DNA from: a virus
Lineage: Duplodnaviria; Caudoviricetes
Virus record (IMG/VR): IMGVR_UViG_3300009160_000050
Location: 1-58,369 of that record
Length of the DNA: 58,369 bases
Strand: one strand, 5' to 3'
The notes beneath the pieces were generated by a model. It saw nothing but the letters and a program-made list of their open reading frames with translations. It was not told the DNA's origin and searched no databases. A program made the position numbers and the translations under genes. This document shows, in pieces, positions 22,243 through 31,278 of the stretch. Within the stretch, counting starts at the first letter, position 1, and the number at the start of each line of letters is the position of its first letter.

Positions 22243-23028
22243 ATGAAAAATACAAATCAAGAAAATATAAGAAACGAAAATGTGCAAGACATTTTCATGA
22301 GAAATGCAACTCTTACTGTATTGGATTTACTTAATCGTAATGTGATTATCGATCTTAAACGAGGCGACGCTGTGGAAAAACATGAAGTGCCTTTCTTCTA
22401 TAATTTTGGTGGAGATGAAGGATTCATGAAAGATTTCTTTTTAGAACTTCCAACTGACTGTAAATATCCAAACCATGCAGAAGGAAACTATGAAATTATG
22501 CCAAGAGGAGTAGTAACATTAAGCTCATTTGCGATTCGTGCAAACGATATTACTAATAAATTCGTAAGAGGAACTTTTAATCAGGAGGTAAGAGACATTA
22601 ATGATCAAAAACAGCTTAAGGCATATTCGGCTCGACTTTTTACCTTACCTATTACTTTGAAATATGCTTTAAAGATAGAGAGCGATAACATCAATAAGAC
22701 TTTTAAAATTATTGAGAAAATATTTGATTTTTACTATAAGAATCAGGTAAAGTACTTTCAGTTTAGAGGAGTTAGAATTCCAGCGCAAATTACTTTTCCA
22801 GAAAGTGCAGATTTTCAAAAGCTTTACAACTTTACATATACTGACAATAACATTGTCTCAATTACCTTGAATTTAGATATGGAGACGTATTTCCCTAGTT
22901 TTGACGATCACTCTACTTTCTATAAAGGAAATACAATTCACCAAATTAACCTTAGAGAAACACAAACTGGTTCAAATGCAGCTCTTGATGATTCATGGAT
23001 CGATAAGGACTATCCACCAGCTGAATAA
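22243..23028 (+). CDS. Tail terminator/sheath stabiliser (T4 gp15-like)
   Basis: 261 aa. HEVPFFY, IMPRGVVTLSSF, LPITLKYALKI, FKIIEKIFDFY and ITLNLDMETY follow the gp15 pattern. Confidence 0.55.
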   Translation: MKNTNQENIRNENVQDIFMRNATLTVLDLLNRNVIIDLKRGDAVEKHEVPFFYNFGGDEGFMKDFFLELPTDCKYPNHAEGNYEIMPRGVVTLSSFAIRANDITNKFVRGTFNQEVRDINDQKQLKAYSARLFTLPITLKYALKIESDNINKTFKIIEKIFDFYYKNQVKYFQFRGVRIPAQITFPESADFQKLYNFTYTDNNIVSITLNLDMETYFPSFDDHSTFYKGNTIHQINLRETQTGSNAALDDSWIDKDYPPAE

Positions 23029-23038
23029 ATAATACAAT

Positions 23039-23608
23039 ATGGAAACAAGATTAAAAAGTTTTACCCAATTTATAGGCAAACACCTAGAAATTTCAGAAGA
23101 ATTAAACTATCATGTCACTCGTGATCTATCAATTGCTGAGTCAGTTTTTAGACCGGGCAGCTTTGCCCACATGAAACTATTAACTGAGACCAGGGATCTT
23201 TATGAAGCTGGTAAAATAAAACTTGACGAATTAGATAATATTCTTTTTGAACAGACCGATCTTGGAAAAGTTGCTCTATATGAGGGCAAAGTAGTTCCAT
23301 TGGATCTAGTACTTGAAGCTGAATACCATGGTAAAAAAGTGGAAATCGGTAAGCCTCAGCGTGGTGGTGCTAAAAAGTATCACGTATATGTGTTAAATCC
23401 CAAGACTGGTAAAGTAAAATTAATCTCCTTTGGTGATGTACATGGAGGTCTTACTGCAAAGGTAAGTAATCCTAAAGCTAGAAAATCATTTGCTGCAAGA
23501 CACAATTGTGCTGAAAAAACAGATCGTACTACTGCTGGATATTGGGCCTGCCGAATTAATCGATATGCTCACCTTTGGGGAGGAAAAACTTATCCTGGAT
23601 ACTGGTAA
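23039..23608 (+). CDS. Conserved phage protein with basic C-terminal domain (KKY..V...FGD...RKSFAARHNC...YWAC), likely head protein
   Basis: Motif visible in translation. CTS-like N-terminus RLKSFTQFI. Confidence 0.55.
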   Translation: METRLKSFTQFIGKHLEISEELNYHVTRDLSIAESVFRPGSFAHMKLLTETRDLYEAGKIKLDELDNILFEQTDLGKVALYEGKVVPLDLVLEAEYHGKKVEIGKPQRGGAKKYHVYVLNPKTGKVKLISFGDVHGGLTAKVSNPKARKSFAARHNCAEKTDRTTAGYWACRINRYAHLWGGKTYPGYW

Positions 23609-23862
23609 TGATATACAATGACGAAAATTGGGAAGCTGGAGTAATCCGAACTTTTACTGAAGATGTTGAGCCTGAGAAGTTAATATGGCATCGTGATGGA
23701 GAAGACCGGATAATTGAGGCAACTGAACAAAGCGATTGGAAAATACAACTCGATAATCAAGTACCAATTGGATTAAACCGAAAGGTTTTAATTAAAAAGG
23801 ACGAGTGGCATCGCTTAATCAAAGGAACTGGAGAATTAAGGTTGAAAATAATTAAAAAGTAA
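23608..23862 (+). CDS. Small cupin-like protein
   Basis: ATG overlaps the upstream stop (TAATG). LIWHRD...WKIQLD...WHRLIKG gives a cupin-like His pattern. Confidence 0.55.
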   Translation: MIYNDENWEAGVIRTFTEDVEPEKLIWHRDGEDRIIEATEQSDWKIQLDNQVPIGLNRKVLIKKDEWHRLIKGTGELRLKIIKK

Positions 23863-24485
23863 TGAACGAAGAAATAGTACACAGCGGAAATAAGTGGAAA
23901 GTATTTCCTAGAAAACCTAAACCAGGCGATAAAAAAAGAAAAGCCCTAGGTACTCATACAACAAAGGAAGAGGCAGTAAAACAATTGCGTGCAATCGAAA
24001 TTTCAAAGCATGAAAGTCAAGTTCTTACCTATTCTCAATTCTTAAATGAAAAAAGAAAAAGTCTAAATCCTGCTCAATATAAAGCACCAGAAGGTAGTGC
24101 TAGAGATAAAAAACTAGACGCTGCAAAATCGTTATTGAAAAAGGGTAAAAAGGAAGAAGCATATGCTCTTCGCGATAAGATGGAAGCTCAAGTAAGAAAA
24201 GATCCAGATTGGCATAATACTCCACGTGAAGATTCAAAAGTAAACGAAGCAAAGAAAAATACTGGTAAAAATTTAAGCAAAGAAACTCTTGCTAAAATTA
24301 GAAAAGTTGCTCTTAAGAAAGGCTATTCTTTTGCAAGTCTTAAGCAAGAATATATTAAAGGATTAGGTGCATATTATTCTTCGGGTTCTAGACCTGGAAT
24401 GACTGCTCATCAATGGGCAATGGCCAGAGTAAATGCAGCAAGTCCTAGTAAATCATGGGCAAACGTAAAAAAAGCAGATAAATAA
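23862..24485 (+). CDS. Basic multi-domain phage protein, likely head protein
   Basis: LGTHTTKEEAVKQLRAIEISK module, internal LTYSQFLNE, and C-terminal GLGAYYSSGSRPGMTAHQWAMARVN module. Confidence 0.55.
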   Translation: MNEEIVHSGNKWKVFPRKPKPGDKKRKALGTHTTKEEAVKQLRAIEISKHESQVLTYSQFLNEKRKSLNPAQYKAPEGSARDKKLDAAKSLLKKGKKEEAYALRDKMEAQVRKDPDWHNTPREDSKVNEAKKNTGKNLSKETLAKIRKVALKKGYSFASLKQEYIKGLGAYYSSGSRPGMTAHQWAMARVNAASPSKSWANVKKADK

Positions 24486-25045
24486 TGTTATTAAATTCAA
24501 GACAAAACGGATTTGTATTCTCTTTTCCGCCAGATTTCTTTAGCGATGCGGTGAAAGAAAAATACAAGAAATATTATCAAAGCTTAATTTTGCCATACGA
24601 CAGTATTAATGACTTTATGTCATCTACTATTCAATCTGTTGATTTTCCAGGCTGGAACATGGATCCTGCAGTTCAAACTAGACTATTTGGTAAGAAACAG
24701 GATTTTAAAAATGCAATTCAGATTCCAGACTTATTTAGTAGAGAATTTACGATCACCTTTAAGTTAACTGATGCCTACCTAAATTATTTCATCTTTCTTG
24801 AGAACAGCTTAAATTTCTTGGATTTTGAAAAAAATAAAACGTTACCTACCTTTCCACCAATGCGACTTTCCTTATTAGATAACCAAGGATATTTAGTTGC
24901 ATCAATCATATTCAATCGACCTATCTTAAAGGGTCAAGATGGATTTAAACTTTCCTATAGTGCAGGGACTCCTGACTTCAAAACGTTTAATGCAAAGTTT
25001 TCATACTTTGATTTCGATATTGAATTAGACTTTAATCGAGTTTAA
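24485..25045 (+). CDS. Tail completion / tail-tube-fold protein (T4 gp3-like)
   Basis: 186 aa. IQSVDFPG...FTITFKL...YLNYF...LSLLD...FSYFDFDI pattern. Near gp14/gp15-like genes. Confidence 0.5.
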   Translation: MLLNSRQNGFVFSFPPDFFSDAVKEKYKKYYQSLILPYDSINDFMSSTIQSVDFPGWNMDPAVQTRLFGKKQDFKNAIQIPDLFSREFTITFKLTDAYLNYFIFLENSLNFLDFEKNKTLPTFPPMRLSLLDNQGYLVASIIFNRPILKGQDGFKLSYSAGTPDFKTFNAKFSYFDFDIELDFNRV

Positions 25046-27553
25046 TTAGATTGAGAGTTGAACGCCAGCGATATGGGCAATCCATTTAATTGTCGAACCG
25101 ACAACTCCAGTTACAGCAATCTTTAAAGCATCATTTGGGTCATCTGCAGTAATTGCAATTGCAGTACCAGCTGCAATATCTGTACCTAGTGTAATTTCTG
25201 CGCCTACTGGTAATGTTGTGGTACCGCCAATATTTGAAATAGTAATTTGACGTAAATATCTTGCGATCACTGTGCCTGTTGAGTTAACACCTAAAATATT
25301 AATTGTTCCTGAAAATATTTGACCTGCAAGTAAGGTAAACCCTTCACTAACTCCGTCCAAATATAAAGTTTTAGTTTGTGCGCCATCTGTCGAGTTTCTA
25401 GCAATTACTTGTACATGTTGAGCATCTCCCTGTGCAGAAAATTGTCCAGCTGCATATGTACGTTCGCCATATCGTGAAGCAATTGCAAGATTTCCACCCG
25501 CAGTTGAATAACATCCACTTGCAGCATTACACCTTCCTCCAAGAATAGCTGATCCGCATTGAGTTACGCAATTACAATTTCCTCCAGCTATTACTGATAC
25601 AGTACCACTTGCAGTATGACATCCTCCGCCTCCAATAAATGAGCCAACTCCGCTTGCAACATTACATCTTCCGCCAAATACACTTGAATTACAACCAGAT
25701 GCAACATTACACCTTCCTCCGCCTATGTTTGCATAACAACCTGATGCTATGTTACATAGTCCTCCAGCTACTATAGAACTGTCTCCACTTGCAGTATTAT
25801 TATATCCGCCACTAACTGCTGAATAACAATTGGATGCAACATTATTACGACCTCCACTTATTGTGGAATAACACCCTGATGCCGTGTTGATATATCCTCC
25901 ACTAATTGTGGAAGAATAACAAGATGCAGTGTTGCTAAATCCTCCGCCGACTGTAGAACAATTATTTGATGCAGTATTGCAATATCCACCGCTAATTGTG
26001 GAAGAATAACAAGATGCAGCATTACAATATCCGCCACTTACTGTGGAACAATAACCTGATGCAGTATTATCCCTACCTCCACTGACTGTGGAATTATTAC
26101 ATGATGCCGTGTTGTTTAACCCGCCACTTACTGTGGAATAATAGTTAGATGCAGTATTATTAACACCTCCGCCTACAATTGATGCAGGTCCACTAGCAGT
26201 ATTGCCGCTTCCTCCAGCAACTGATGCACTATCACCGGCTGCGACATTAAATCCTCCTCCACCAATTGTAGAGTAAAGACCAGAGGAAAAATTTTCATCT
26301 CCACCAGATATTGTTGAATTTATATTACATGCAGTATTATAGCTTCCTCCACCAATTGTAGAGTAAAGACCAGAGGCAAGATTAGCATACCCTCCGCTAA
26401 CTGTCGAGTTTGCAGAAGATGCAGTATTACCAGTTCCGCCTCCAACCGTTGAGTTTGCATCAGATGCAGCATTTGATGTTCCGCCAGCAACAACTGAGCC
26501 GCTACCAGAAGAAGTATTTGATCCTCCGCCTCCAATAAATGAGCCGTACCCAGAAGAAGTGTTATATCCCCCGCCACCAACCGTTGCAAACTGTCCTGCG
26601 TCATTAAAGTTTCCGCCACCAACCGTTGCAAAATAATCAGATGCCGTGTTTCCACCTCCACCGGCAATAGTTGCAGAATAGCAAGATGCAGTATTACAGA
26701 ATCCTCCGCTTACGGTTGAATAATTGGCAGAGGCAGTATTTCCATTACCGCAACGAACCGATGAACCAGTGCCGCTGTCTAATACAATAATTCCATATCC
26801 TCCGCTTCCTGTGGCATTTGCAGTAAGAGTTCCAAGACCATCATTATATGTCCATGTAACAGTTGCCGAATCCTGAATTAATAGAGAAACTCGATCGTCT
26901 ACTCGTTCGTTTGTAAAATAAAGATTTGTGCCTTCGGCTAAGTTGCTAGTTGTAAATGGCGCAAGTGACACAGTTGGTGTCAAGGTATTTAGACCATCAC
27001 TATAATTCCAAGTAATACTATTTGCTCCACTACCAGCTAGGCCAGGTTGAAGCAAAAGAGCAACTCGGTCGTCTACTCGTTCATTGGTAAAATATAAATT
27101 AGTTCCTTCTGCTAAATTTGTTGTGGTAAATGGAGCAAGAGTAACGCTTAAGGTAAGAGTATTGGCTGGGTCATTGTAACTTTTAAGTATTCCCGTGCCA
27201 TTAATCAGCATTGTGTTAATACGATCATCTACTCGTTCATTTGTAAAATATAAATTAGATCCTTCTGCTAAATCTGTTGTGCTAAATGGAGCAAGAGTAA
27301 CGTTACCTTGTAAACTATCTGGAATTGGAAAATATGTCCAGTTGATTCCAGTTCCATTAATAATCGTACTTGCAACTAGTGCACCAGTTGAGGTGACTGA
27401 TTGAAAAGTAACATTACCTGCGCCATCAGTAACAAGTACTTGGCCAGAGGTTCCATCTGATATAGGTAAAGAATATTCACCAGCAATAGTAAATTTATTT
27501 GCGGTTAATTCTCCAAATACCTCGTGGTCTGAATATTTTTTGGTTAGTCCCAT
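25046..27553 (-). CDS. Fibre/adhesin-like protein with 15-residue GG-N-AS-ST repeats, Cys-rich
   Basis: 835 aa. Three TT(D/N)LAEG(S/T)NLYFTNERVDDR-type units, then about 28 GGxxNxASxxxSTVS repeats. Confidence 0.65.
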   Translation of the reverse strand: MGLTKKYSDHEVFGELTANKFTIAGEYSLPISDGTSGQVLVTDGAGNVTFQSVTSTGALVASTIINGTGINWTYFPIPDSLQGNVTLAPFSTTDLAEGSNLYFTNERVDDRINTMLINGTGILKSYNDPANTLTLSVTLAPFTTTNLAEGTNLYFTNERVDDRVALLLQPGLAGSGANSITWNYSDGLNTLTPTVSLAPFTTSNLAEGTNLYFTNERVDDRVSLLIQDSATVTWTYNDGLGTLTANATGSGGYGIIVLDSGTGSSVRCGNGNTASANYSTVSGGFCNTASCYSATIAGGGGNTASDYFATVGGGNFNDAGQFATVGGGGYNTSSGYGSFIGGGGSNTSSGSGSVVAGGTSNAASDANSTVGGGTGNTASSANSTVSGGYANLASGLYSTIGGGSYNTACNINSTISGGDENFSSGLYSTIGGGGFNVAAGDSASVAGGSGNTASGPASIVGGGVNNTASNYYSTVSGGLNNTASCNNSTVSGGRDNTASGYCSTVSGGYCNAASCYSSTISGGYCNTASNNCSTVGGGFSNTASCYSSTISGGYINTASGCYSTISGGRNNVASNCYSAVSGGYNNTASGDSSIVAGGLCNIASGCYANIGGGRCNVASGCNSSVFGGRCNVASGVGSFIGGGGCHTASGTVSVIAGGNCNCVTQCGSAILGGRCNAASGCYSTAGGNLAIASRYGERTYAAGQFSAQGDAQHVQVIARNSTDGAQTKTLYLDGVSEGFTLLAGQIFSGTINILGVNSTGTVIARYLRQITISNIGGTTTLPVGAEITLGTDIAAGTAIAITADDPNDALKIAVTGVVGSTIKWIAHIAGVQLSI
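25490..26750 (-). repeat. Degenerate 45-bp coding tandem repeat array
   Basis: 15-aa period. Near-identical DNA copies, e.g. cctccaccaattgtagagtaaagaccagagg twice and ctaattgtggaagaataacaagatgcag twice, each pair about 90 bp apart. Confidence 0.8.
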
Positions 27554-27561
27554 TTATCTGT

Positions 27562-29043
27562 TTATATTTTTGCCTGGAATACAATACTTCCACCAGTAAC
27601 GCTTGCCGTAGTCATTAGAGTAATATTATTAGTATCTACATGTACAATATCTACGTCAATTAATGTATCTCCGTCACGAACAGTATAAGTAAAGTCTTTT
27701 GTTCCTAATCCATGATTAATATTTATTGGAATCATTGCAGTCGTGGTAAACGATCTGATTACTACTTGCATGCTAATGCCAGTTGCAAGATTAACAACTG
27801 TTAATATACCTACACCGAGGTTATTAAATTGACCGCCTGGAAGAACAGTCAAGTTGCCGTTAGCAATCGTAACTTCTCCATAATTATTAACCGTGCCAGC
27901 AACTGTTAAGTTTCCATAAATAAAATATTGATAATCCTGAAGCACAGTTAACGTTTCTGCAGCATAAATATATTTCTTATGCCCAGCATCTCCAGTGCCT
28001 CCGCTGCAACCTGCAGCAAGGATAACAATTTTAATTCCAATAATACTTTGAGTTAGCGTAATATCTACGGTAGTTGGTGTATAGTTATCAACATATGCTT
28101 CAATTAATTCGTTAGTGTCTGTTCTAATTAACTGAACAATAATGCTACTTGTACCCAAATTATGTGTAATTGTCTGAGTAACATTTGCGGTAAAACTTTG
28201 GATAAGTACATAAGAACATGCACCTCCGCCGCCTCCGCCTCCACCATTAGATGGTTGCCATGAAGCGTTACCGAAGGCATCTGATGTTAATACATAGCCT
28301 GGAGTTTGATTTCCATCAACGTATTGTAATTGTCGAGTATTTGTAGTATCGCCAATAATTACTTTACCAGGGAGTTTAAACTTACCGTCGTTTCCTAACT
28401 TTTCCCAAATAAAATCGGTAGTAAGATCGAAAATATCGCAGTTTTCATCAGTATAGTAAAGAGATTGAGTGGTTGGCGTGTATTGAGTCTCATAACCTGG
28501 AGGACCTATCCATAGGACTCCAGTGTTTGGTGCTGGACATGCTGGAATCGGTGGACTACCTGCAAGTTCTTTTAAGAGTAAGGTTCCGTTGCCGCCTTTA
28601 TCAGTAAGACTTACCCAGCCTTGACCTTGCAAATAACCGATAAAGTCTTCTCCAAATTCTGGACGCTGATTTTGGATACCGGTGTAAATTATTTCACCAG
28701 GAACACCAATATCTGGCCAGTCGTTAAAATCAGTTAACCGAAGTCGCTTTGTTTCAGCAACCTTAACTAATAGTGTCTGTCCTTCTGCATTACCTAATGA
28801 GTTAATGGTGAAGGTAGGAATTCCATCTAGAGTTAAGCTTAGTGTGTCAGTAATATTGACAAAATCAAAAGTACCTCGGTATACCTGAAAACTATTTAGC
28901 GTTTCATCATACTGAATATTGCTCAAAAATTCCAAATTTGCATCAGAAAGGCTTCTGAAGTTTAAATTTGTAATATCTATAATTGAGGTTAAACTTGAAT
29001 TACTTAGTTTTCGTATGGCCTTTAAATTTTTGTAAACAGGCAT
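27562..29043 (-). CDS. Virion fibre/decoration-like protein with two H(N/G)LG modules
   Basis: QTITHNLGTSSIIVQL and ININHGLGTKDFTYTV. GYVLTSDAFGNASWQ fibre motif. Poly-Gly hinge. Confidence 0.55.
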   Translation of the reverse strand: MPVYKNLKAIRKLSNSSLTSIIDITNLNFRSLSDANLEFLSNIQYDETLNSFQVYRGTFDFVNITDTLSLTLDGIPTFTINSLGNAEGQTLLVKVAETKRLRLTDFNDWPDIGVPGEIIYTGIQNQRPEFGEDFIGYLQGQGWVSLTDKGGNGTLLLKELAGSPPIPACPAPNTGVLWIGPPGYETQYTPTTQSLYYTDENCDIFDLTTDFIWEKLGNDGKFKLPGKVIIGDTTNTRQLQYVDGNQTPGYVLTSDAFGNASWQPSNGGGGGGGGACSYVLIQSFTANVTQTITHNLGTSSIIVQLIRTDTNELIEAYVDNYTPTTVDITLTQSIIGIKIVILAAGCSGGTGDAGHKKYIYAAETLTVLQDYQYFIYGNLTVAGTVNNYGEVTIANGNLTVLPGGQFNNLGVGILTVVNLATGISMQVVIRSFTTTAMIPININHGLGTKDFTYTVRDGDTLIDVDIVHVDTNNITLMTTASVTGGSIVFQAKI

Positions 29044-29127
29044 CCCAATGTCAGTTATTTTTTTATTATTTATTATTGAATTCCTTCTTTATTTAAACTG
29101 AAGGGAATCACCGTCTAAATAGTTAGA

Positions 29128-30447
29128 TCATCTCTTAATGATCTTTGTATTTTTATCAATTGATGAATTTATAGTAAATTTTCCTCTATTTACCAAACAT
29201 TCTTTAAGTTCAGCATTAATCATCTTCTTATTAGAATTGTCGAGGTAACTTGAGCTAATTTCATTTAGTCCACCTAGATAATCACACTCAATAATTTTTG
29301 AGTTCTTAATAAAATTGTTTGAAAAAATACTACACTCTACCAATTTTGAATGTTTTATTGTGCACCCTTCAAAGAGACACTTTTTAGCATCTGCCTCGAT
29401 TTGGCACTGATAAAACTCAATACCTTCGATCAGGATACTCTTTTTAAGTACAGTGTCTTTAACTTGTAAAGCTTTTCGGCGAGTATCATAATTAATAACT
29501 GCCTCAGTAATTCCTCCACCGACAATAAGCTTAAAGATCTTGTCCCTAATGATTCCATAGTTTGCCTCAATTAATCTAGAATCATCTCTAAGATCAACAT
29601 AAAGAGAAATATTAGGATAAAGCATCTTGAAATTAAAGTAATTTCGGGTACCATCTATTGAATTTTTAAATTCTTCGGCAATTCTAGAAATTCTCTTCTT
29701 TTCTTCTGGAGTATATTGATAATTATGCGCAAGGGTTTCGTATAGGTGTTCAATCACTAAATTAATAGCAGTTACTGCCTCTTTCTTCTTTTTAGTATAA
29801 TCCTTACCTCCAATATAATTAATTACAAGCTTTCCTTCTCCTAATTCGGAAAAGTCATTTGCAAAGAAATCAGATTCAGGAAACTTAAATTCAATTGGAT
29901 CCATTCGTTCGATAAAACTCTCAGTAACAACAGTATTATAAAGATCTCTAGGCTGAATAAAGTTTAGGTGATTTTGATAAATTTTACGATTTTCATTTTC
30001 CTGAACTGGCCAAAGCTTAAATAACTCTTCTTCGTTAATTCCCAATAAGTATTTAAACTTATTGAGCTTGTCTAGTTTCACTGAAAGATTTAACTCTGAT
30101 TCGTTTAGACGAATACGAGTCTTAACTGAGCATCGATTTGTGGTGTGGCCAACTGTGTCGATAAGGTTCATTGTTTTTAAAAACATGTGAACTGCTTCAT
30201 GGTAAGGTAAAAACCCAGTAGAAAGGCTAATTTCTTTATAGCCATTTGAATAGATTGGAGCAATCTTAAAGGATTCGTAAGTCGGTTCAAATGTTGATTC
30301 TACATCTGAGAACCATTTTACATTTTTGCCTAGTGCACGTGCAAACTTTGCAGCGGCTTCTCTTTTATTTAGAGGAGTAAAAAATTCAAAAACAAATGAT
30401 AGACTTGAATTATCATAAATTTCCTTACTTGAAATAGATTTAAACAT
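29128..30447 (-). CDS. Amidoligase (COOH-NH2 ligase)-like protein, apparently degenerate, with C-terminal beta-helix
   Basis: Motif order FVFEFF / STGFLPYHEA / GHTTNRCS / YIGGKDY resembles phage amidoligase-2 proteins. C-terminal I..C/S repeats. Confidence 0.45.
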   Translation of the reverse strand: MFKSISSKEIYDNSSLSFVFEFFTPLNKREAAAKFARALGKNVKWFSDVESTFEPTYESFKIAPIYSNGYKEISLSTGFLPYHEAVHMFLKTMNLIDTVGHTTNRCSVKTRIRLNESELNLSVKLDKLNKFKYLLGINEEELFKLWPVQENENRKIYQNHLNFIQPRDLYNTVVTESFIERMDPIEFKFPESDFFANDFSELGEGKLVINYIGGKDYTKKKKEAVTAINLVIEHLYETLAHNYQYTPEEKKRISRIAEEFKNSIDGTRNYFNFKMLYPNISLYVDLRDDSRLIEANYGIIRDKIFKLIVGGGITEAVINYDTRRKALQVKDTVLKKSILIEGIEFYQCQIEADAKKCLFEGCTIKHSKLVECSIFSNNFIKNSKIIECDYLGGLNEISSSYLDNSNKKMINAELKECLVNRGKFTINSSIDKNTKIIKR

Positions 30448-30473
30448 GAATCATGTCTTTATTCTATTTATAC

Positions 30474-30501
30474 AAAAATCGGGCTCCAATTGGAGCCCGA
30501 T
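30474..30501 (-). terminator. Rho-independent terminator
   Basis: Perfect palindrome ATCGGGCTCC-AATT-GGAGCCCGAT (30478-30501) followed by a T-run on the minus strand, just after the lipoprotein gene. Confidence 0.8.
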
Positions 30502-30521
30502 CAAATTCAAAGCAGTAAATA

Positions 30522-30713
30522 TTACTTTACTTCTTTTACTGAATCTACAGCAAGTGAATCAACTGTAGCACATTCGCTAGAGTCAACTTTTACCGCTGTT
30601 GAGTCTACTGCTGGTGCAGTTGCTTCTCCTGTTCCGCTTTGACATGATGTTAAAGCAAGAGCAGAAATTACTACGAATAGTGCAATAATCTTTCTCATGG
30701 TACGTTCTTTCAT
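30522..30713 (-). CDS. Small lipoprotein
   Basis: MKERTMRKIIALFVVISALALTS-C lipobox (start 30713 or 30698). Acidic tail with four VDS motifs. The longer ORF-track call runs into the tmRNA. Confidence 0.7.
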   Translation of the reverse strand: MKERTMRKIIALFVVISALALTSCQSGTGEATAPAVDSTAVKVDSSECATVDSLAVDSVKEVK

Positions 30714-30760
30714 TTTTTTTATTAATTTATTATACAGTATTATGTATACCTTGGTTTTGG

Positions 30761-30798
30761 AAGTTTTTGCACTCTGACCCAACAAAGTGCAAAAACTT
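30761..30798. other. 13-bp inverted repeat immediately 3' of tmRNA (processing/termination hairpin)
   Basis: aagtttttgcact (30761-30773) / agtgcaaaaactt (30786-30798). No clear U-tract on the minus strand. Confidence 0.55.
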
Positions 30799-30806
30799 TC
30801 CTCGTG

Positions 30807-31212
30807 TGGACACGGTGGGATTCGAACCCACGTCCAAACAGTTGTCAAATTGACTCTTTCACAGGCTTAGTCCATTTTTCTAAAGGGACAAAATATTCAA
30901 CTGGTTCTTCACCATCGTCAGCTGACCACCAATGGGTGTGCGTTTCTTTTAATGACTTAACTGCTCAGTCAGGTTTACTCTCCAGTTATTAGACCGAATT
31001 TCACCAGTTTGCAACTTTCTTTTAAATGGGCAGTTGCCGCACCATTGGTTAGGCAGCTACTGCTACTTCACCGCTTACGAAAGACATTGCGTCTTCGAAA
31101 GTAAAAGTTGACTTTTCGTCAGTTGTTGTTTGATAGGTAGTTAAGGATTTCCATCTAACCCTGCCTGCATCATCTCAAAGAACTTACCTGCCTGTCAAAA
31201 CCGGTCGTGCCC
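30807..31212 (-). ncRNA. ssrA: tmRNA
   Basis: 5' GGGCACGACCGGTTTTGACAGG and 3' GACGTGGGTTCGAATCCCACCGTGTCCA. Acceptor stem GGGCACG/CGTGTCC has the G3-U wobble and an A discriminator. T-loop GTTCGAATC. Internal tag ORF ends VAA-stop. CCA not encoded. Confidence 0.93.
31049..31120 (-). other. tmRNA tag reading frame (A)DEKSTFTFEDAMSFVSGEVAVAA*
   Basis: Follows ACAACT resume context. 23 codons plus TAA, ending Ala-Ala. The resume codon is inferred. Confidence 0.75.
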
Positions 31213-31244
31213 ATATTAATAGATCTAAATTATCTATCCGTAGT

Positions 31245-31273
31245 ATTATATAGAAACGGGTAAAAAAAGTTTT
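31245..31273 (-). promoter_or_regulatory. Putative promoter AAAAC-N18-TATAAT for tmRNA
   Basis: Same architecture at 30739-30767 (-, CATAAT, N18) and 48190-48217 (+, TACAAT, N17). Confidence 0.45.
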
Positions 31274-31278
31274 CCGAA

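Noticed and set aside
25490-26750. CRISPR array or DGR template/variable repeat
   Set aside because: The repeats are in-frame coding units without unique spacers. No adenine-specific mismatch pair was noticed and there is no reverse transcriptase or cas gene in the window.
29078-29110. Possible terminator hairpin ttccttc...gaaggga
   Set aside because: Imperfect stem, long loop and no clear U-tract.
30807-30835. tRNA gene suggested by GGTTCGAATCCC T-arm
   Set aside because: The acceptor partner lies about 400 nt away and there is no anticodon arm. It is the 3' end of the tmRNA.
30714-30992. ORF-track calls 30804..30992(+) and the 5' extension of 30522..30848(-)
   Set aside because: They overlap the tmRNA, hairpin and promoter. 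The lipoprotein signal starts at 30713 or 30698.
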